Positions 1 to 13,839 of a stretch of DNA of 64,000 nucleotides are shown here, in pieces. Within the stretch, counting starts at the first letter, position 1. Each line of letters begins with the position of its first letter. Origin of the DNA: Vicugna vicugna. Taxonomy: Eukaryota. The notes under the pieces were generated by a model that saw only the letters and a list, made by a program, of their open reading frames with translations, did not search any database and had not been told where the DNA came from. The DNA lies in assembly GCA_013265495.1 (NCBI GenBank), contig MU058384.1, forward strand, positions 6,406,956 through 6,470,955, given 5' to 3'. The position numbers and the translations under genes were made by a program.

Positions 1-769
1 TGCCAAAATGTCCCATGACGGGTAACCAGCAGTCAGGTGCTTTTGCTCCCTGGGGCCATGGACCAAAGCGGGAGTCCAGAGGGAGAGCTCCATCTTCCTT
101 CTCCCAAAGATCCACACCTTGCTCCACTGTCCTCGCCATCCCCTCACCCTGTCACTTCCATCACACTGCCCTGCAGCTGAAAGGCTGGGGATTCTACCAG
201 GAGCCTGCTGTGAGGATACGTGCACAGCAGAGGCTGTTTCTTCTTGCTGAGGTGCAGAGAAAAAAGGAGAGGGAAAGAGACTACACTCCCCTGCCCGTAT
301 TCCAAATGTCTAGTATATCCCTAGGGAAAGATGGAAAGATGGCAGCCTGCCCAAACGTGTTCTAGCCCCTGTGCAGACTCTGGAATGGGGTGACGGAGGT
401 GCATGGTTAGTTCCACCCATAGCCTCCAGCAGTCCCTCTTAACCTAGCTGGAGAATTTATATACACGTGCAGTTTCCTGGGCCAAGGGAGGATGTCACTC
501 CATTATATTCCATCTTTCAGAACAGCTAATCTATTGTTTGACATACAGATTTTCAAACTGCAAGTGAATTTTCAAAATCATCTGTATACAAAATTAAGGT
601 TTGCTGCATGGGGATATATATACATCTATTACACTGACCCATATTCAGCTTATAAACCATTAGGTTCCCCGGGGCTTTTCCAGTTCCACCAAATTACTTC
701 TATCTAATGACTCACAATGCCTTCCAATTGTTTAGGATGCAGGGCTGAGAAAGTACCAGGTCAGTCCTC

Positions 770-1055
770 CTTCAGCAGCAAAATCTCTAGGATATAAAAC
801 TTGGGGGCTCTTTATTGTCATGTGTAAAAAGCTGGTCTACTAGGGAGAGACAGAAGAGAACTGACCCAGAAAGAGAAGTAAAAGCAGCAGGAGATGGCAA
901 GAAAGTCCTGGCAGAACTGAAGTGCCTGGATCTTGTCACTTCTAAAGTCTCACCGTTTCTCTGCCCTTCTTACTGCTTGGTTGTTAGATTCTTCCTTGGA
1001 TTCCATGAACAAGTCTCATAATCTCCAATTAAATTTCTCTCCTTTATTAAGCATA
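770..1055. mobile_element. Degenerate MaLR (MLT1-like) LTR fragment
   Basis: Resembles MLT1 3' portions (GAAAGTCCTGGCAG...TGCCTGGATC...TGCCCT...TTCCATGAAC...AAATTTCTCTCCTTTTATTAAGC). Recognised by eye; family uncertain. Confidence 0.4.
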
Positions 1056-2184
1056 TTGCTCATCCCCCCATAAAACTGTAATTGTACAGAAAGTCTAACA
1101 ACTTACATTCCCATTACATTATTGACATATTATAGCTGGGAATAACCATCAGGAGGGCATTGCTTTCAAGTCCTCTGCACCAAGTTACCCTCATTGCCCT
1201 CCAAATTTCATCAGTTGCTCTGGGAAGCTGGGTCAGGCACTGGCTGGTTCCAACCGCTCAGGCAGCAGACCAGAGAGGGAAGCCAGCAGCACAAAGAACA
1301 TCCAGCTCCAGTTCTATGGCCAACTGTTCAGAGAGGTAAGATGGGCATTCTGTGATCAAGCACATGACTCTCTTCCCTGCCTGTACAGAAGGAAAACAGC
1401 AAAGGTGTCCAAGAAACAGATCTGGGTGAACAGTAATGCCTGCCTTCAATCTCTACAATCAAGCTACAAAGTAGATGCTGGGGCTATTTTTCAACTGTTT
1501 ATTGAAGACAGGGCAGGGACTTTGCAAAATGGTCCATTGAACACATGTTTAAAAAGAATGGGGTTGATTTCCCATGTTGAAAAATTGTAACAAGCTGAAT
1601 TTCATGATAATCATTTGGGTCCTTAGTGACAGGTTCATTAGATGGCAGTAATCTTCCTGGAGTTATAAAGTATGACCCCTTGATTTTTGACAGGAAGGGC
1701 CAGCCAAGGGTTTCTGTTTGGTTTGTGTTTGCTAACTGTTGATGGTTGGTTAGTTAGATTAGAAAATACAGATGCAGTTGTAACTGGACGGTCCCAGAGA
1801 ATTCTGAGCTTGGGCAACTTTTGTTACACCTACAGATGCTCAGACTGACTCTGGAAATTGACTTTTCTTCTCGCCCACTGCCCCTGTTGCTCCTCCCAAC
1901 CGACACTTTCTTACAACAATCGCTTTTTTCTCAGCCATAAACCTCTCTTCCATGGCCAGGAACCCTCTGTGATATAGAATATATGATCACATGCATGACT
2001 GAACATATATCTGCTGGCTTAATACACTTCTTGAGAAAAGTCTGTTGCAATTTGAAAGAATTTAAAAATACATTTCCTAAGTTTAGTATTCAACTCTTGA
2101 AACCTAGATGTCTAAAAGATAGTTTTGCTGGAGAAAATACAAATTTAATGATTCCAAGTAAAGACTTTTGGAGAAAACAGGGCT

Positions 2185-2340
2185 ACATGTGAGTCCTTGC
2201 TTTACCACTGGATAACTGTGTGGCCTTGGGATAGTTCATCAATACTCCTAAATATCATTCTCTTCATCCATAAAGTAGAAACAATAATATCTGTATTATA
2301 TTTTGTTAGGATTAAATGAAACCACACACTTCAAAAATGT
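2185..2340 (+). mobile_element. MIR SINE fragment
   Basis: MIR core-like TGTGTGGCCTTGGGATAGTTCATCAA...TCTCTTCATCCATAAAGTAGAAACAATAATATCT...AGGATTAAATGA. Confidence 0.65.
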
Positions 2341-2510
2341 AAGTCATTTACTAGTGACAGAGTGGAAGAAAATCTTTCTGCTTTTTTATTTTGCTCCTTA
2401 CATGATGAATTAAAAAATATTTTTGTCATACCTATGCAATTTTGTTATACCTATGCAATTTCTGTGAAAATGATTTTTAATACTGCTCAACTAAAAATAT
2501 TATACTAATC

Positions 2511-2610
2511 AGTCCTAGGTTCAATCCCCAGTATCTTCATTTAAATAAAATAAGTAAATATATAAACCCTAATTAACCCCACCCAAATAAAATAAAATGA
2601 AATAAAATAA
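2511..2610 (+). mobile_element. tRNA-Ala-derived camelid SINE (Vic-1-like), 5'-truncated, long-tail form
   Basis: Begins AGTCCTAGGTTCAATCCCCAGTATCTTC, then an A-rich spacer, AAACCCTAATTAACCCC and an A-rich tail. Confidence 0.85.
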
Positions 2611-3299
2611 ATCCCACAAAAATAGAATGGCAAATGTGATATAATTACAACAACATATCTTCTTCAGATTTCTAAAAGTAAGATGAACAGTGACTGGAGT
2701 TAGGGAGCAACTAGCTGGATGATCTAGGCAGGAATCAGGGGAAGCTGGACTGATGTGGTGGCTGAGAGAAGCCTGGAGAAAAGGTGGATTTGGGAGATAA
2801 CATGAAGAAGAAAGCAACAGGTCACAAAAAATATATGAACATACTGTAACCAATAAGGCAAATATAACTTTTAGGTGCCACACCTCAATTCTTGAAAAAT
2901 TGGCAATATGGGAAAGTTGAATGAAAAAGAAACGTTTGTATGCTATGTTTTTGTTGTCATTATGCTCCTTCAGGAAGATCGGCAGAAAACAATAGCAAGA
3001 AGCAATGCAGGAAGGAGGAAGTCTGAGAAGTTTGTCTCTTTTATTGATGGAGGGCTAGAAAAACTCAGCCCACTATCCAACTCAGCAAGGAAGCTAGTCA
3101 TGTGATAAAGCCTTTGGGAAGAGAATAAAAGAAAATAATTACCTGTGATAAATCAAAACCTCAGCCTCACTCAAATGTAAATTCTAAATAGTTACTACAT
3201 CGCTAGCATGGAAACCTCAAGCCAAAATATTAAAATTAAGACTGATTCAGAGGCTTGAAATCCCTAGACTCCAGGGGAGCAGATGAAAAATTGGTCCAC

Positions 3300-3680
3300 A
3301 AGGCTCAAAGGATTATGAGAGAAAAATTCATCAAAAGTGAAAAGCTCCATCAGGAAACAAAACACCACTGAGACAACAGATGCAACAATAGGGGAAATGG
3401 AATCCAAAAGTTTGAGATTAAAGACAATCTGAAAAAATATCATATAGTAAATATGCTTAAATCAGGTACAGACAGAAGGAATAGAAACAAAATTGAAGTA
3501 ACCACACACTATAAAAATAAACAGACAAACTTGGAAAAGAACCATGAAAGTGTTTTAAAAAATATATTGATTGAAATTTCAAAAAAGAAATGAATGAATT
3601 AAACAGCAGATTAGATTCAGCTAAAGAAACAGTTTGTGAAGTAGAAGGTAAAACTCAGGAAGTATCCACCCCATAAAGGA
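3300..3680 (+). mobile_element. Old L1 (L1M-type) ORF1-region remnant
   Basis: A-rich, with GAATTAAACAGCAGATTAGATTCAGCTAAAGAAACAGTTTGTGAAGTAGAAGGTAAAACTCAGGAA, resembling the L1 ORF1 coiled-coil region. No open frame. Confidence 0.55.
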
Positions 3681-4031
3681 AATTAATGAAAACAAAACCA
3701 ACAGCAACAACGCAAAGACAAACATATTTTCGCCTCTCAAATTTTCCATATCATCAATTTTTCAGGAATGAAGGTGTGACACCTGAAAGTCGTATTTTTT
3801 ATTTTGGGGGTCAGGGATCCAATATATAACAAAGTAAACATGAGAGATATAAAATATAGCAGTAGATACAACTTACCTAAAGACAAGTTACATGCCTGAC
3901 TTGTGTCTACAGTGAATAATAGTTAAAGATTTAATTAAATATAATGTTTCTTGCCTTCCTAAAATCTGGGACACGTAAGGAGAATTTTATTCATCTAGAT
4001 TTTTAAATTGAGGCATCTAAGGAAGTTTGGT

Positions 4032-4170
4032 GGAGGGGCGGTAATAGCTTAGTGGTAGAGCACATGCTAGCATGCACGAAGTCCTGGGTTCAATCCCCAG
4101 TACCTCCATTTAAAAAAAAAATTAATAAAAAAGTTTTTTAAAAATAATAAAGTGCAAATTAAAAAAAAAG
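4032..4170 (+). mobile_element. tRNA-Ala-derived SINE (Vic-1-like), short form
   Basis: TAGCTTAGTGGTAGAGCACATGCTAGCATGCACGAAGTCCTGGGTTCAATCCCCAGTACCTCCA plus an A-rich tail. Confidence 0.92.
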
Positions 4171-7100
4171 AAACTTTGAGTACCTTCTTTTAATAAATTT
4201 CCCTATAGCATCAAAGCATTCCACTGACTCAGTAATTGCATTAGAAGTAGGATCACATTTACAGAATCTTCCAAAGCTTCCAGAAATCCAAAGAAATTCC
4301 TAAAGGCTAACACTGAAAGAATTCAGAAAATACTACCTCAAACAAATTTGATGTTGTGGTTTAATTCCATGTTGTACTTCCCAGCTTTATGTTCCGAATC
4401 TAAGGGCAAACTCAGACAGATAGAAAGAGACAGGATGTGAACGGAACCCACAGCCATTTCTTTGTCAGGATTACGAGGAGTAGAGAAGTAAATGGCGTTT
4501 ATTAACAAACTGATCCTATGGGTTTGTAGATGCAACACCTGAAGCTTCTTAGCACCAGTGAATAGAACCACCTACTTCTCTTTCTCTCAATTCTTCCTCA
4601 CGTATTAATTTTTTAAAAAAATCTACTTTTCAGAACTTCCACACTGGTCTTACCCACCAGAACCACAAAGCAGAAACTGAATCCCACTTTCCTATGTATG
4701 GCAGGCTATTAGATATTAAGAAAGTACTATCATTCAAATCACCCCTAAATCTTTTTTTCTCAAGTTAAGTGCCCCTGGTTAATAAGACCACATCTTTAAT
4801 AAACGAGTCTTTGTTTCCCAACAGGGATTATCAGGAAATTCAGTCAGCCACAAAAGCATAATTGCCTAGAAAATGCATTACATGGACGGTAGATGTGAAA
4901 TAGATCACAGCACATCATTATTTTTAAACCATTCCATTATAAATTGACATTAAATCAATATAGATCAGCATGAATGTATACCAAATATCACTCTCAAAAT
5001 CCAGCCAAAAAATGGAAAGGAAATCAAACTAGCTGAAAGGGAAATGGAAATGATAACAATAAATTATGAAAGCAGTTAAGAATGCGCCTTTGAGAAAGAC
5101 TCAAGGGGTTTTGTTTGTTTGCTGGTTTGTTTAAGACCGAATTATTCTTTGGAAAAATTAAAGGAAAAAAAAAAGACTAATGGTTAAACTGCAGGAAGGT
5201 TTGATCTGCCTATGACTTGGCCATGCCTGGGCCTGTCTGTAGAATCTAGGTGTTCCCGTCCCAGGGTTCCAAGTGCTCTTAGGCCTCAGGACTCTCCTGG
5301 GAAAGAACCTTCTACAGGGAGACCCAGTGAGCCATAAAGTCAGAGCCAAGTCTGAGCCCTAAATCTCAGGGCTGCAAGAAAAAAAGCAAGGAAACAATAA
5401 ACCAATAAAACAACTGCTGACTAAACTCTCTGGAGAAGAGGTGGAAGGCAGATGGCATCTCCATATTCTTTGGCTTCTCCGTTGCAGGGGCCATGATGGG
5501 GGAAGGGGCGATAACTTTGCTCATTGGAAGCTACCCGTCATTCAATCAAGGAGAAGTGAGGTCTGCCCTGGAAAAATTCTATTTGCTCTTTAAACATGAC
5601 TCTTATAGCTTGGAGAAAAAAAATGAAGAGGGTGAAGAAAGCTTGGGAAAATACCGGTTAAACTAGTAACAAAAAGATCACAATGAGTAAGATTTAAAAC
5701 TGTGAGATTTGAAACCTGGAAAGATGACAGAAGAGCAGAATAATCTGCCCCCTCTTGACTAAACCAAATACAAAAGACACCGGTTGCAGAGCTGTGGATG
5801 CTGGTCCCTGCCATACTTCTGGTGAGTGCTCTCTGCTCCAGATCTAACCAGGGCTTCAGCCAAGTTCTTGTTCAAAGGCTTGAACATACTATATGACCTC
5901 CTGAAGACAGATACTGCTGTGGCTCACATTCGACAATCCAACTGGGCTTTTAATTCCTGACATTTTTTTTTCATGGTCATGAAAAAGAAAAATACAGTGA
6001 GTTTCTTTCAAGGAAATATCTGATATATAAATTCACCATATTATTTACAGTCCCTATATTAAGACCGTATCTTGCAAAAACATGATCTTCCATATCATGT
6101 GTAAATGAATGAACAAATAAGTAAATAAGGAAACACTCAACTAAGGCCCATGTCAGGAAATAGATAACTTTCATTTCACGAAGTTTCAGACTGAATCCGG
6201 CACACAGCATCAGAGATTTCCACGTCTGCCATGACTCAGTGCATGGCTTTGGGAAAACCTTGTAATTTCTCCATACTTCAGTTTCTCACCCTATAAAAGG
6301 AGTATATTGCTTGAAATTTAATTCCCTCACAGCAGTGAGAGTTTTGATTCAACATTTATAAAAGGCTTTTTAGCGTCCCTGATTAATAGGCAAAATACTG
6401 TCGTAGCTGCATAATCCACTTTCCAAAAAGTATAAAGGTAACTGGTCAAATCTAATGTAAAATAATACTGTACTTGAGAAATAAATACCGGCTATATTTG
6501 TTACTTCACCATTCCGCTTTCTAAGTAATAAAAAGTACTTCTGACAGGAAAAAGTATCACATTAATATTCAAGCCAGTTGAAGTGCTATCATTACAGGCT
6601 CACCTACGCTGGGGGAAGGGGAGTTGTTTTGTTTCTCCAGACTACACTGCGTGTTTATATGGTAAAGTCAGGAATGCTGGGCATGGTTTTGAAGGCCTCT
6701 AGCGTATTCGTTGGTTTCTGGCATTCTAATACACTCTACTCTTATAACCATAAAAGTACTCTTGAGTGCTTCTGGAAATATATAACAAATCCTTAATCAA
6801 TTTAAGAGTGTTTTAACTGCATACATGAAATTTCTTGGGAGGAAAATGTTAGCTATTCCACACACATACAGTACTTAAGTTAGCAAGAGAGTTCCTTCTC
6901 AAAGGCACAAAGCAGTTTCCCCATAGTAATATAATTTTCAGTTTTATGTGCCTAAGTCCTATTGAATCCCTTAGAATAACAGGAAATTCTACAGGCAAAA
7001 AACCCACAAAAATTGATAGCCATATTTATCCAATGCTGGAGGAATAAGTTAGCTATTTTGAGTTGGATTACTCTTTTAAGGCACTAGATAACCCACGAAT

Positions 7101-7959
7101 GGTTACCCAAGATCTTAATTAACTAGGAACTGCAAGAACTGAATATTCTAGAGACAGAATTTTCTCCATATAAGATTCTAACAATAAAGTCAACTGACTG
7201 ATATATTTTATTTTAAACTTTATACTTTACTAATATACTTTAGTCAGGACTTAGGTAGCAATTCTCTGGATTTTGGTGCATTAACTTTAATTTTCACATT
7301 GAACAGATTATAACATTTCACAGACTTAGAAATTAGTACACTGATAAGACATAGTTGATATTTTGATATAAGGTACTATTTAACATACATTTAGAATGGA
7401 GTGATCTCATCTATAATAATACAATGCCTGTGCCTTTCATCTATGTTTAAAAGCTATAGTAATATACACAAGGTGTTTAGAACTCTGCTTGGCATGTAGC
7501 TGGCTCTTAATAGAATAATAAACAATTCCTCATAGATTCTCATCAATAAAATCAGAGTTAAAGCCATTTCTCCTAACAATTCTTATGTAACTATTTTATA
7601 CTGCTAGAAACATGTTGTGAATATTATACACACTGAGTTTTTCTCTTTCTACCAATTATGAGTTTAGGAACTATCAATATACATAATAATCATTCATGAA
7701 ACGGAGTCGTAACAATTTTCAAATGAGATATTCACCACGTATAACATAGATGTGCTATGTATGTGGCTAAAATTATTTGCTCTCATCAGTGAACTCTTCA
7801 ATTAGTGTATGAGTCTTAAGGAATTTACTATTATAAACCTTCTTATTAACCAGAGCACAAAATGTTACAATGTTCAATTAAGCATAAAATTTTCCCCTTG
7901 GCTTTTATGAGAAAGATGCAAGCATCTTGAGATGGATGCAAGGTGCTAGAACCTTTTTG

Positions 7960-8330
7960 AAAAGTATTTTGGCATCATCGATGCAAGATACACATTTTCT
8001 CCTATTAATCCTACACCTAGAGTTTTATCTATAGGAATTTGGGGCAGATATACAGAAAGATATATAAAAATCATGATCGCAACACTCTTTATAATATTAA
8101 AAACCTGTAAGCAACCTAAATAAATACCAAAAAGGGAACAGTTAAAGTATAAAACATATTCATACGTTAAACAGAATTCACCCAAACTATCATGTACTGA
8201 TGTGGAAAAGTGTTCAAAATACAGCAAACCAAAAGGAAGTTTTAACTGATGATCTATTTTGGCTTAAAAATGTAAAGTAAAAATAAATTAGATCCTCACA
8301 TAATTCTTACATTTACACATGTATAAAAAA
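7960..8330 (+). mobile_element. Old L1 3'-region remnant (L1ME-like)
   Basis: Degenerate L1 3' motifs (CTCTTTATAATATTAAAAACCTGTAAGCAACCTAAATAAATACCAAAAAGGGAA). Confidence 0.45.
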
Positions 8331-8339
8331 AATGTCAGC

Positions 8340-8430
8340 GGGGAGGGGTACAGCTCAGTGGTAGCGCACATGCTTAGCATGCATGAGGTCCTGGGTTCAA
8401 TCCCCAGTGCCTCCACTTATTTAAAAAAAA
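8340..8430 (+). mobile_element. tRNA-Ala-derived SINE (Vic-1-like), short form
   Basis: GGGAGGGGTACAGCTCAGTGGTAGCGCACATGCTTAGCATGCATGAGGTCCTGGGTTCAATCCCCAGTGCCTCCA, with imperfect TSD AAAAATGTCAGC / AAAAAGTCTGC. Confidence 0.93.
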
Positions 8431-10039
8431 GTCTGCAAGGAAGCATACTGAAATCCAACAATTTGCCCTGATTTGTGGAAGGTGCAGAAGATGGATAAAG
8501 TGAGGGACATCCACTTTTTATTTTAAATATATCTGTATATTTTAACTTTTTAGTAAAGTATAACACAGAAAGAGAAAATGCAAATCAAAAGTAGACTGCT
8601 GATAAATTTCAAATCAACACCACCATGTCACCATCAATCGGATCAAAATAAAGGGCATTATCAGCATTCCAGAAGCCTGTCTCCTGGCCTCTTCCAGTCA
8701 TGACCCCTAAAGATACCTCCTATCATATCTGTATACACAACAGATGGATGACTTTGGCTTAAAAAAAAATTGATTAAATAAAACAAAAACAAAAACAAAA
8801 ACCTTGTTTCAGCAGTAAGAAGGGTCCTTTTCTGAAGAGTAAATACTCTCGGTAGTTTGATCTAAGAAATCAACTCAGTGTATATACTGAGCATTTCCAG
8901 TGTCTTTCCAGTATAAACTCAGTTCTTCACAACAATTCCCTGTTGACACACACTAGAACACGCGCTCAAGCAGCTCAGTAACTAACTTCTCCAAGGTTAC
9001 AGGGCTGGCGAGTGGCAGCAGGGCCCCGACGATACACACAAAGGTAGTCTGATTCCAGTATTCACAACTCCTGGACGGATTCAAAGATAAACAAAGGCAG
9101 CAAGTTGTAGAATTGGGAACACCAGGGTGTCTCCAGCACGAAGTTCTCCTTTGAGCTTCCTTTTGAATAAGTCACTTAACAACTTTAATCCATTATTCAT
9201 CTGCAAAATGGAGTTAGGCTAAATTCCTCTTCTGGTCTGATTCTCTGATAAATCGACCTACTAAAACACAGAGCAAATTAGGCTTCATCACGATGCCGCG
9301 CAATCACATACCACATTCAGAAATGACTCATACGAGGAAATAAAACCACAATTTTTGAAACTATTGGAAACAATAATTTTAATTTAATGTTATTTTTGGA
9401 CACGGGAGGTTTTCTTTTCCCCCTAAATAAGCAAGTTGGTGGTTTTGAAGGGTCTTGCTCATCTTTTTGTGGAAAATGCCTGGAAACAAACCACTAGAAA
9501 CTAAACAAATTTTTCTTCCCAAATTGTGCCTGAAAAAAGACCAAATTTCTCTCACCAAAAGGCCACATATACTTTTAACAGATACCTCTAGGATTTTTTG
9601 GTCCCCATATTTTGAAACATTGACATAAACAAATACAGAACATGCCTCCTCTCAGATGAAATCCATAATTCTGAGGGTTAAACATTCTTCAAAACAGCAT
9701 GACATGTATCTCCGCAGAAATCAACCAAAGAGGCCGAAGTTTGTTTCTAGAGAAAACTGGAAATAGGAAGACCATAAACCTCAACTAGAATCTGCCTTTT
9801 TAATTTCAGTTTATTCAAAATGCCAGTTCATGCTGGCCATATCTTTTTTCTGCTAGAGTATCAGTAACACTTCAGTACAAATGAAGCTTTAAACAAGTTA
9901 AAATAAAAAATAACCAATAAACTCGCTTCTATGACTGGCCACAAAAAAGAATCCATTTCCAAAATGTGAGGAGGATTCACTCTTCGTAGCTGTCTGGCTT
10001 TGGATGTCAGTCCTTCGAAGACACGCAGGCAACAGGGCA

Positions 10040-10290
10040 GCTAGTGAATTTCCATCCATATGCCCAGGCACTGGGGCTACAGAGGGGAAAGAACTCAGTG
10101 AGTCTGTCTCTCTACAGACTCACGTAAAATTCGTCCCAGCACAATGTGCTCTTATATTAATAGTCCAAACAAGGTGCTATGGTATTACAGAGAGAAAAGA
10201 ATTAATCCTGCCTGAGCCTTCGGGAAGGCTTCCCAGAGGAGGTGACATTTGAGCTAAGTCTTGAAAGATGAGTCCATTTTTTTGTCCAGG
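10040..10290 (-). mobile_element. L2 LINE 3' fragment
   Basis: Antisense L2 hallmark GGAAGGCTTCCCAGAGGAGGTGACATTTGAGCTAAGTCTTGAAAGATGAG, and TGCCCAGGCACTGGGGCTACAGAGG. Confidence 0.7.
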
Positions 10291-10928
10291 TAGGCAGCAA
10301 AAAGTAAGAGGCAAGTAAGTAGGTTAAGGGAGTTGGGGCAGTGGAGGATGAGGGTGATGAGAGTATCCCGGAGAGAGAAAAGGAAATGCCTAACTGTATT
10401 TTATGCGATGGACCACTCTTAAAAATAAGTAAGCCTTACATTCATATCCACCATACAAAGAATCAACATGAGGAATTAGATATGTGACTTGAATTCTCTG
10501 GTGGAAGGTGGGGGAGGGTCCCTGATTTATGAACCCCAGAAGTGTTCATTTGGAAAAACAGAAATTCTGGTTTACTGACTATTCTCCAATGACTCAAGGG
10601 CAACCAGGCTTCCTGTTCAATGTCAGGCATAAAGTGCCCGGATGGACTTGAGGTTCGCTATGCCTTCTTTGGACTTCCTGTCAATGAGTGGAGCAGAACT
10701 CTCCTCCATGGTCTGAAAACTCATGATTTAAGCCCCTGACTTACAATCCCCATCGAACCCCCTGGAATGGCCCTCATCTGTCGCTGGATTACCCAACACC
10801 CACTTCATCTCTCTGCTAACAAGTAGCTGTGAGGAGTCTTTCTCCTTCTTAGAAAACAGGAAGACATTCTGGTCACATACAGTATGCTATATTTGCAGCC
10901 ATTTTTCCCCCTTAAGAATACACTTCAA

Positions 10929-11083
10929 GGGGGAGGGTATAGCTCAGTGGTAGAGCACATGCTTAGCATGCATGAGGTCCTGGATTCAATCCCCAGAACC
11001 TCCATTAAAAATAAATAGATACAAATAATCCTAATTACCTCCTCCCCAAAAAAGAAATAAAAGATTTTTTTTAACTTTTAAAA
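10929..11083 (+). mobile_element. tRNA-Ala-derived SINE (Vic-1-like), long form
   Basis: Full head GGGGGAGGGTATAGCTCAGTGG...ACCTCCA and tail CCTAATTACCTCCTCCCC. 15-bp TSD AAGAATACACTTCAA / AAGAATACATTTCAA. Confidence 0.95.
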
Positions 11084-12355
11084 AAGAATACATTTCAAAA
11101 ATTAAAGCATAAAATCAGAGGACATGTAACAAAGAAAGACAGATAGACAGACAGTGAGTTCATCTTCAAGTATCTCTGCCCTGCCTGCTTTGGCATCAAT
11201 CAGTAAATGATGTGAAATCCCTAAGTCAGTCTGACTGCTTCCATGTAACATGATTACCTGTCTAATGCAATTAAAGTAAAACCACTAAATGAGACAACAC
11301 ACATGTGTGGAATTTCAAGTATCTTTGCAATTTCTAGTGAGATTTAAAAAAATTCTCTACTGTTTAGACCACGTATGAATATTAGTCTAATGATAAATTT
11401 ATAATATTGATTGCTTCATACTTCAAAATAATTTTCACATTCAACCCAAAACTCACATAGGCGAAGTTATCCCCTCACTTTATGTTAACATTATATGTTT
11501 CCATTTCGTTCTTTTCAGTAATTTTTGAAACATCTTTCTTATATACCTAAACTAGGCAGAGGTCAGATGCAGCAATCAGACTACAGCCACATTTCCTTAT
11601 AGTCAACTGCATATCAATTCATAGATAAAATACGTTATGTCAAGATTAAACCTACAGAATTAGAACTTAAGCTGTAGATTTGGTAAGTCATCAAAGGAGG
11701 TTTTATATGCAACATGTTCATTTTTACTTTCTTCAGACTGTACCAATACTATTAAACTCAAGATCCTGAAACTGGTACAAATTGAAAGCTAAGACATATA
11801 AAGTTTCGTTTGAAATTTTTTTGTTACAAACAAACAAATGATTTAATTGATAAAGTATTTTAATCTTAGTCAGTTGTGGTTATAGATAACACTTTACTTT
11901 TTCTGACCCTACAGACTGTAAAAAGTAAAAGCTTCTTATTACTGAATATTTATCTATGGGGAAAGACAAGTTTTTATAATGACAATTGTCACTATTAAAA
12001 GTGAATCAGAAGTATCTACTAACAAGTAACAGCAAAATTTTTAAAACAGACATTTAGGTGATTCAAATAAATATCTATTTCCTCCACACTTTCCTAAGTA
12101 CCCCTCCACTCATATATCATTTCCAGAAAAGGAAAATATGCCAACGACAGTCGATCTGTGTAAAGCTATCGGTAAATCTCTATATGTAAAGTTTATCTAT
12201 CAACACAGACCAGTAAGAGTTGTTTGATTTTGTGTTTAAACTTAAGAGGAAGGTATGAAGATTCTCCACACTTGACTGAAAATAGAACAATCCTCTCATG
12301 CCGTTGCCTGGGAATCTTTTGACTGTATCAAGTGATCTTAAGATCTACTTTAACT

Positions 12356-12598
12356 ACGGGTTCTCAACCGGGAGCAGTTTTGCTTTCAGAAGACATCTGG
12401 CAATGTCTGGTGACACTGTTACTCAGGGGAGGGTGCTGTTGGCATCTGGTGGGTAGAGACTAGGGATGCCTCATGATACCCTATAGCGCACAGGACAGCA
12501 CACACACGCACACGCACACACACGCACACACACACACACCTCCAACAATGAATTATCCAGCTTAAAATGTCACTAATCAGACTCTAAGGAATGCTGGT
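12356..12598. mobile_element. MER20 (hAT-Charlie) DNA transposon with an internal (CA)n expansion
   Basis: GGTTCTCAACCGGG...GACATCTGGCAATGTCTGG...TGGCATCTGGTGGGTAGAGACTAGGGATGC...GCACAGGACAGC...GAATTATCCAGC...AAAATGTCA matches the MER20 consensus as recalled. CA/CG repeat at ~12499-12539. Confidence 0.85.
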
Positions 12599-13304
12599 CT
12601 AGTAGACTGAGGGAGTCATGCACAGTATCAGCAGCATCCTCATATTTTTTATACAAATGCGCCTGACAGCAATTCCAGGTAAGCAGGAAAAAACAGGACT
12701 TTGGCAATTAACACTTTAACTTCCCCTCCTTCCTCAGCCCCACTTGCTCATATAGTCATTACATCTGAGTCCAAGGACCAAATGATCAAGTCTAGAAACA
12801 GAGATGCTAATGACTTCCTACTGTCTCTGCAAAGATAAGAATCTTTAATGTTGGCTTTCAAAAAGTTTATGGAGTTCATCAAGCCGACTGTCACTGGAAA
12901 ATTATACAAATTCTTATAATCAGAGCCTTCAGGCTCAAAAAAAGCAACTGGGGAAACAAATATTGGCTATAAAACAAGAGTACCATTATAGAATATGCTT
13001 ATAGCAGCTTAGGGTAGTTAAGGAACCACACAGATGAAAGCCTCTAAAAATCTGGGTTACTGTACGTGAAAGTATTTATTAAAAGAAACACTGTAAATGG
13101 CCCCAAGTGAGTTTTCTAATGTCTTCTCTTATGGCTCCAAATACAGCCTCAGAGTCACCAAGATCACCCCAGAGTATTAAATTTGTACTTAGACCACAGG
13201 GGACTCAATTTAAGGTCCCCAGTCTATGACCCCAGACAGGACTTGCAGCTATAAACATCTCTAGAATATTTTGGATACTCCAATGGAGGGTACACAATCA
13301 TATT

Positions 13305-13525
13305 CATAATAGCTAGTGCTCATATCAGACACTATTTTAAATGTTCACATGTATTTACTAGTTGAACTCTCATAAGAACTTCATGAGTATGTTCTATTAC
13401 ACATGAGAAAACTGAAACAAAACCAGTTGAACTAACGTGCTCATCATTAGAGAGTCATTAGTGTCAGAGCTGGGGTTCAAACCCAAGCAGCCAGGGTCCA
13501 TAGCCTTTGCACTTAACCACTGTGA
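13305..13525 (-). mobile_element. MIR SINE
   Basis: Antisense MIR core ATGAGAAAACTGAAAC...CAGAGCTGGGGTTCAAACCCAAGCAG...CTTAACCACTG. Confidence 0.75.
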
Positions 13526-13839
13526 CACAGAAATAAGTGAGTTCCTCAGATTTCAAATGCTAACAAATACCCATCTCTCCAGAGATTTTTCAGGATCCTT
13601 GGTTTACCCACTAGATCACTTCCCAATGGTCATGTGTGAAATAAATACAACTTTACATCTTTACACTCATACATATAAGCTGGGTTTATTCAGAGATGCA
13701 ACTCTACTGGAACAACACCAAAAATCCCTGGGGTTGTTCTTAAGGCTGTTCTGCCTTGTAATCATCACAGCTATTCCCACTCTTCCCAGTCTTGTGGCAG
13801 AGGATGTCCAGTGCCCACTGCTTTCATCCCCATTTCCTT

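Noticed and set aside
1340..1660. Possible coding exon or ancient LINE fragment
   Set aside because: There is no consistent frame with splice sites, and the resemblance to CR1/RTE is too weak to call by eye.
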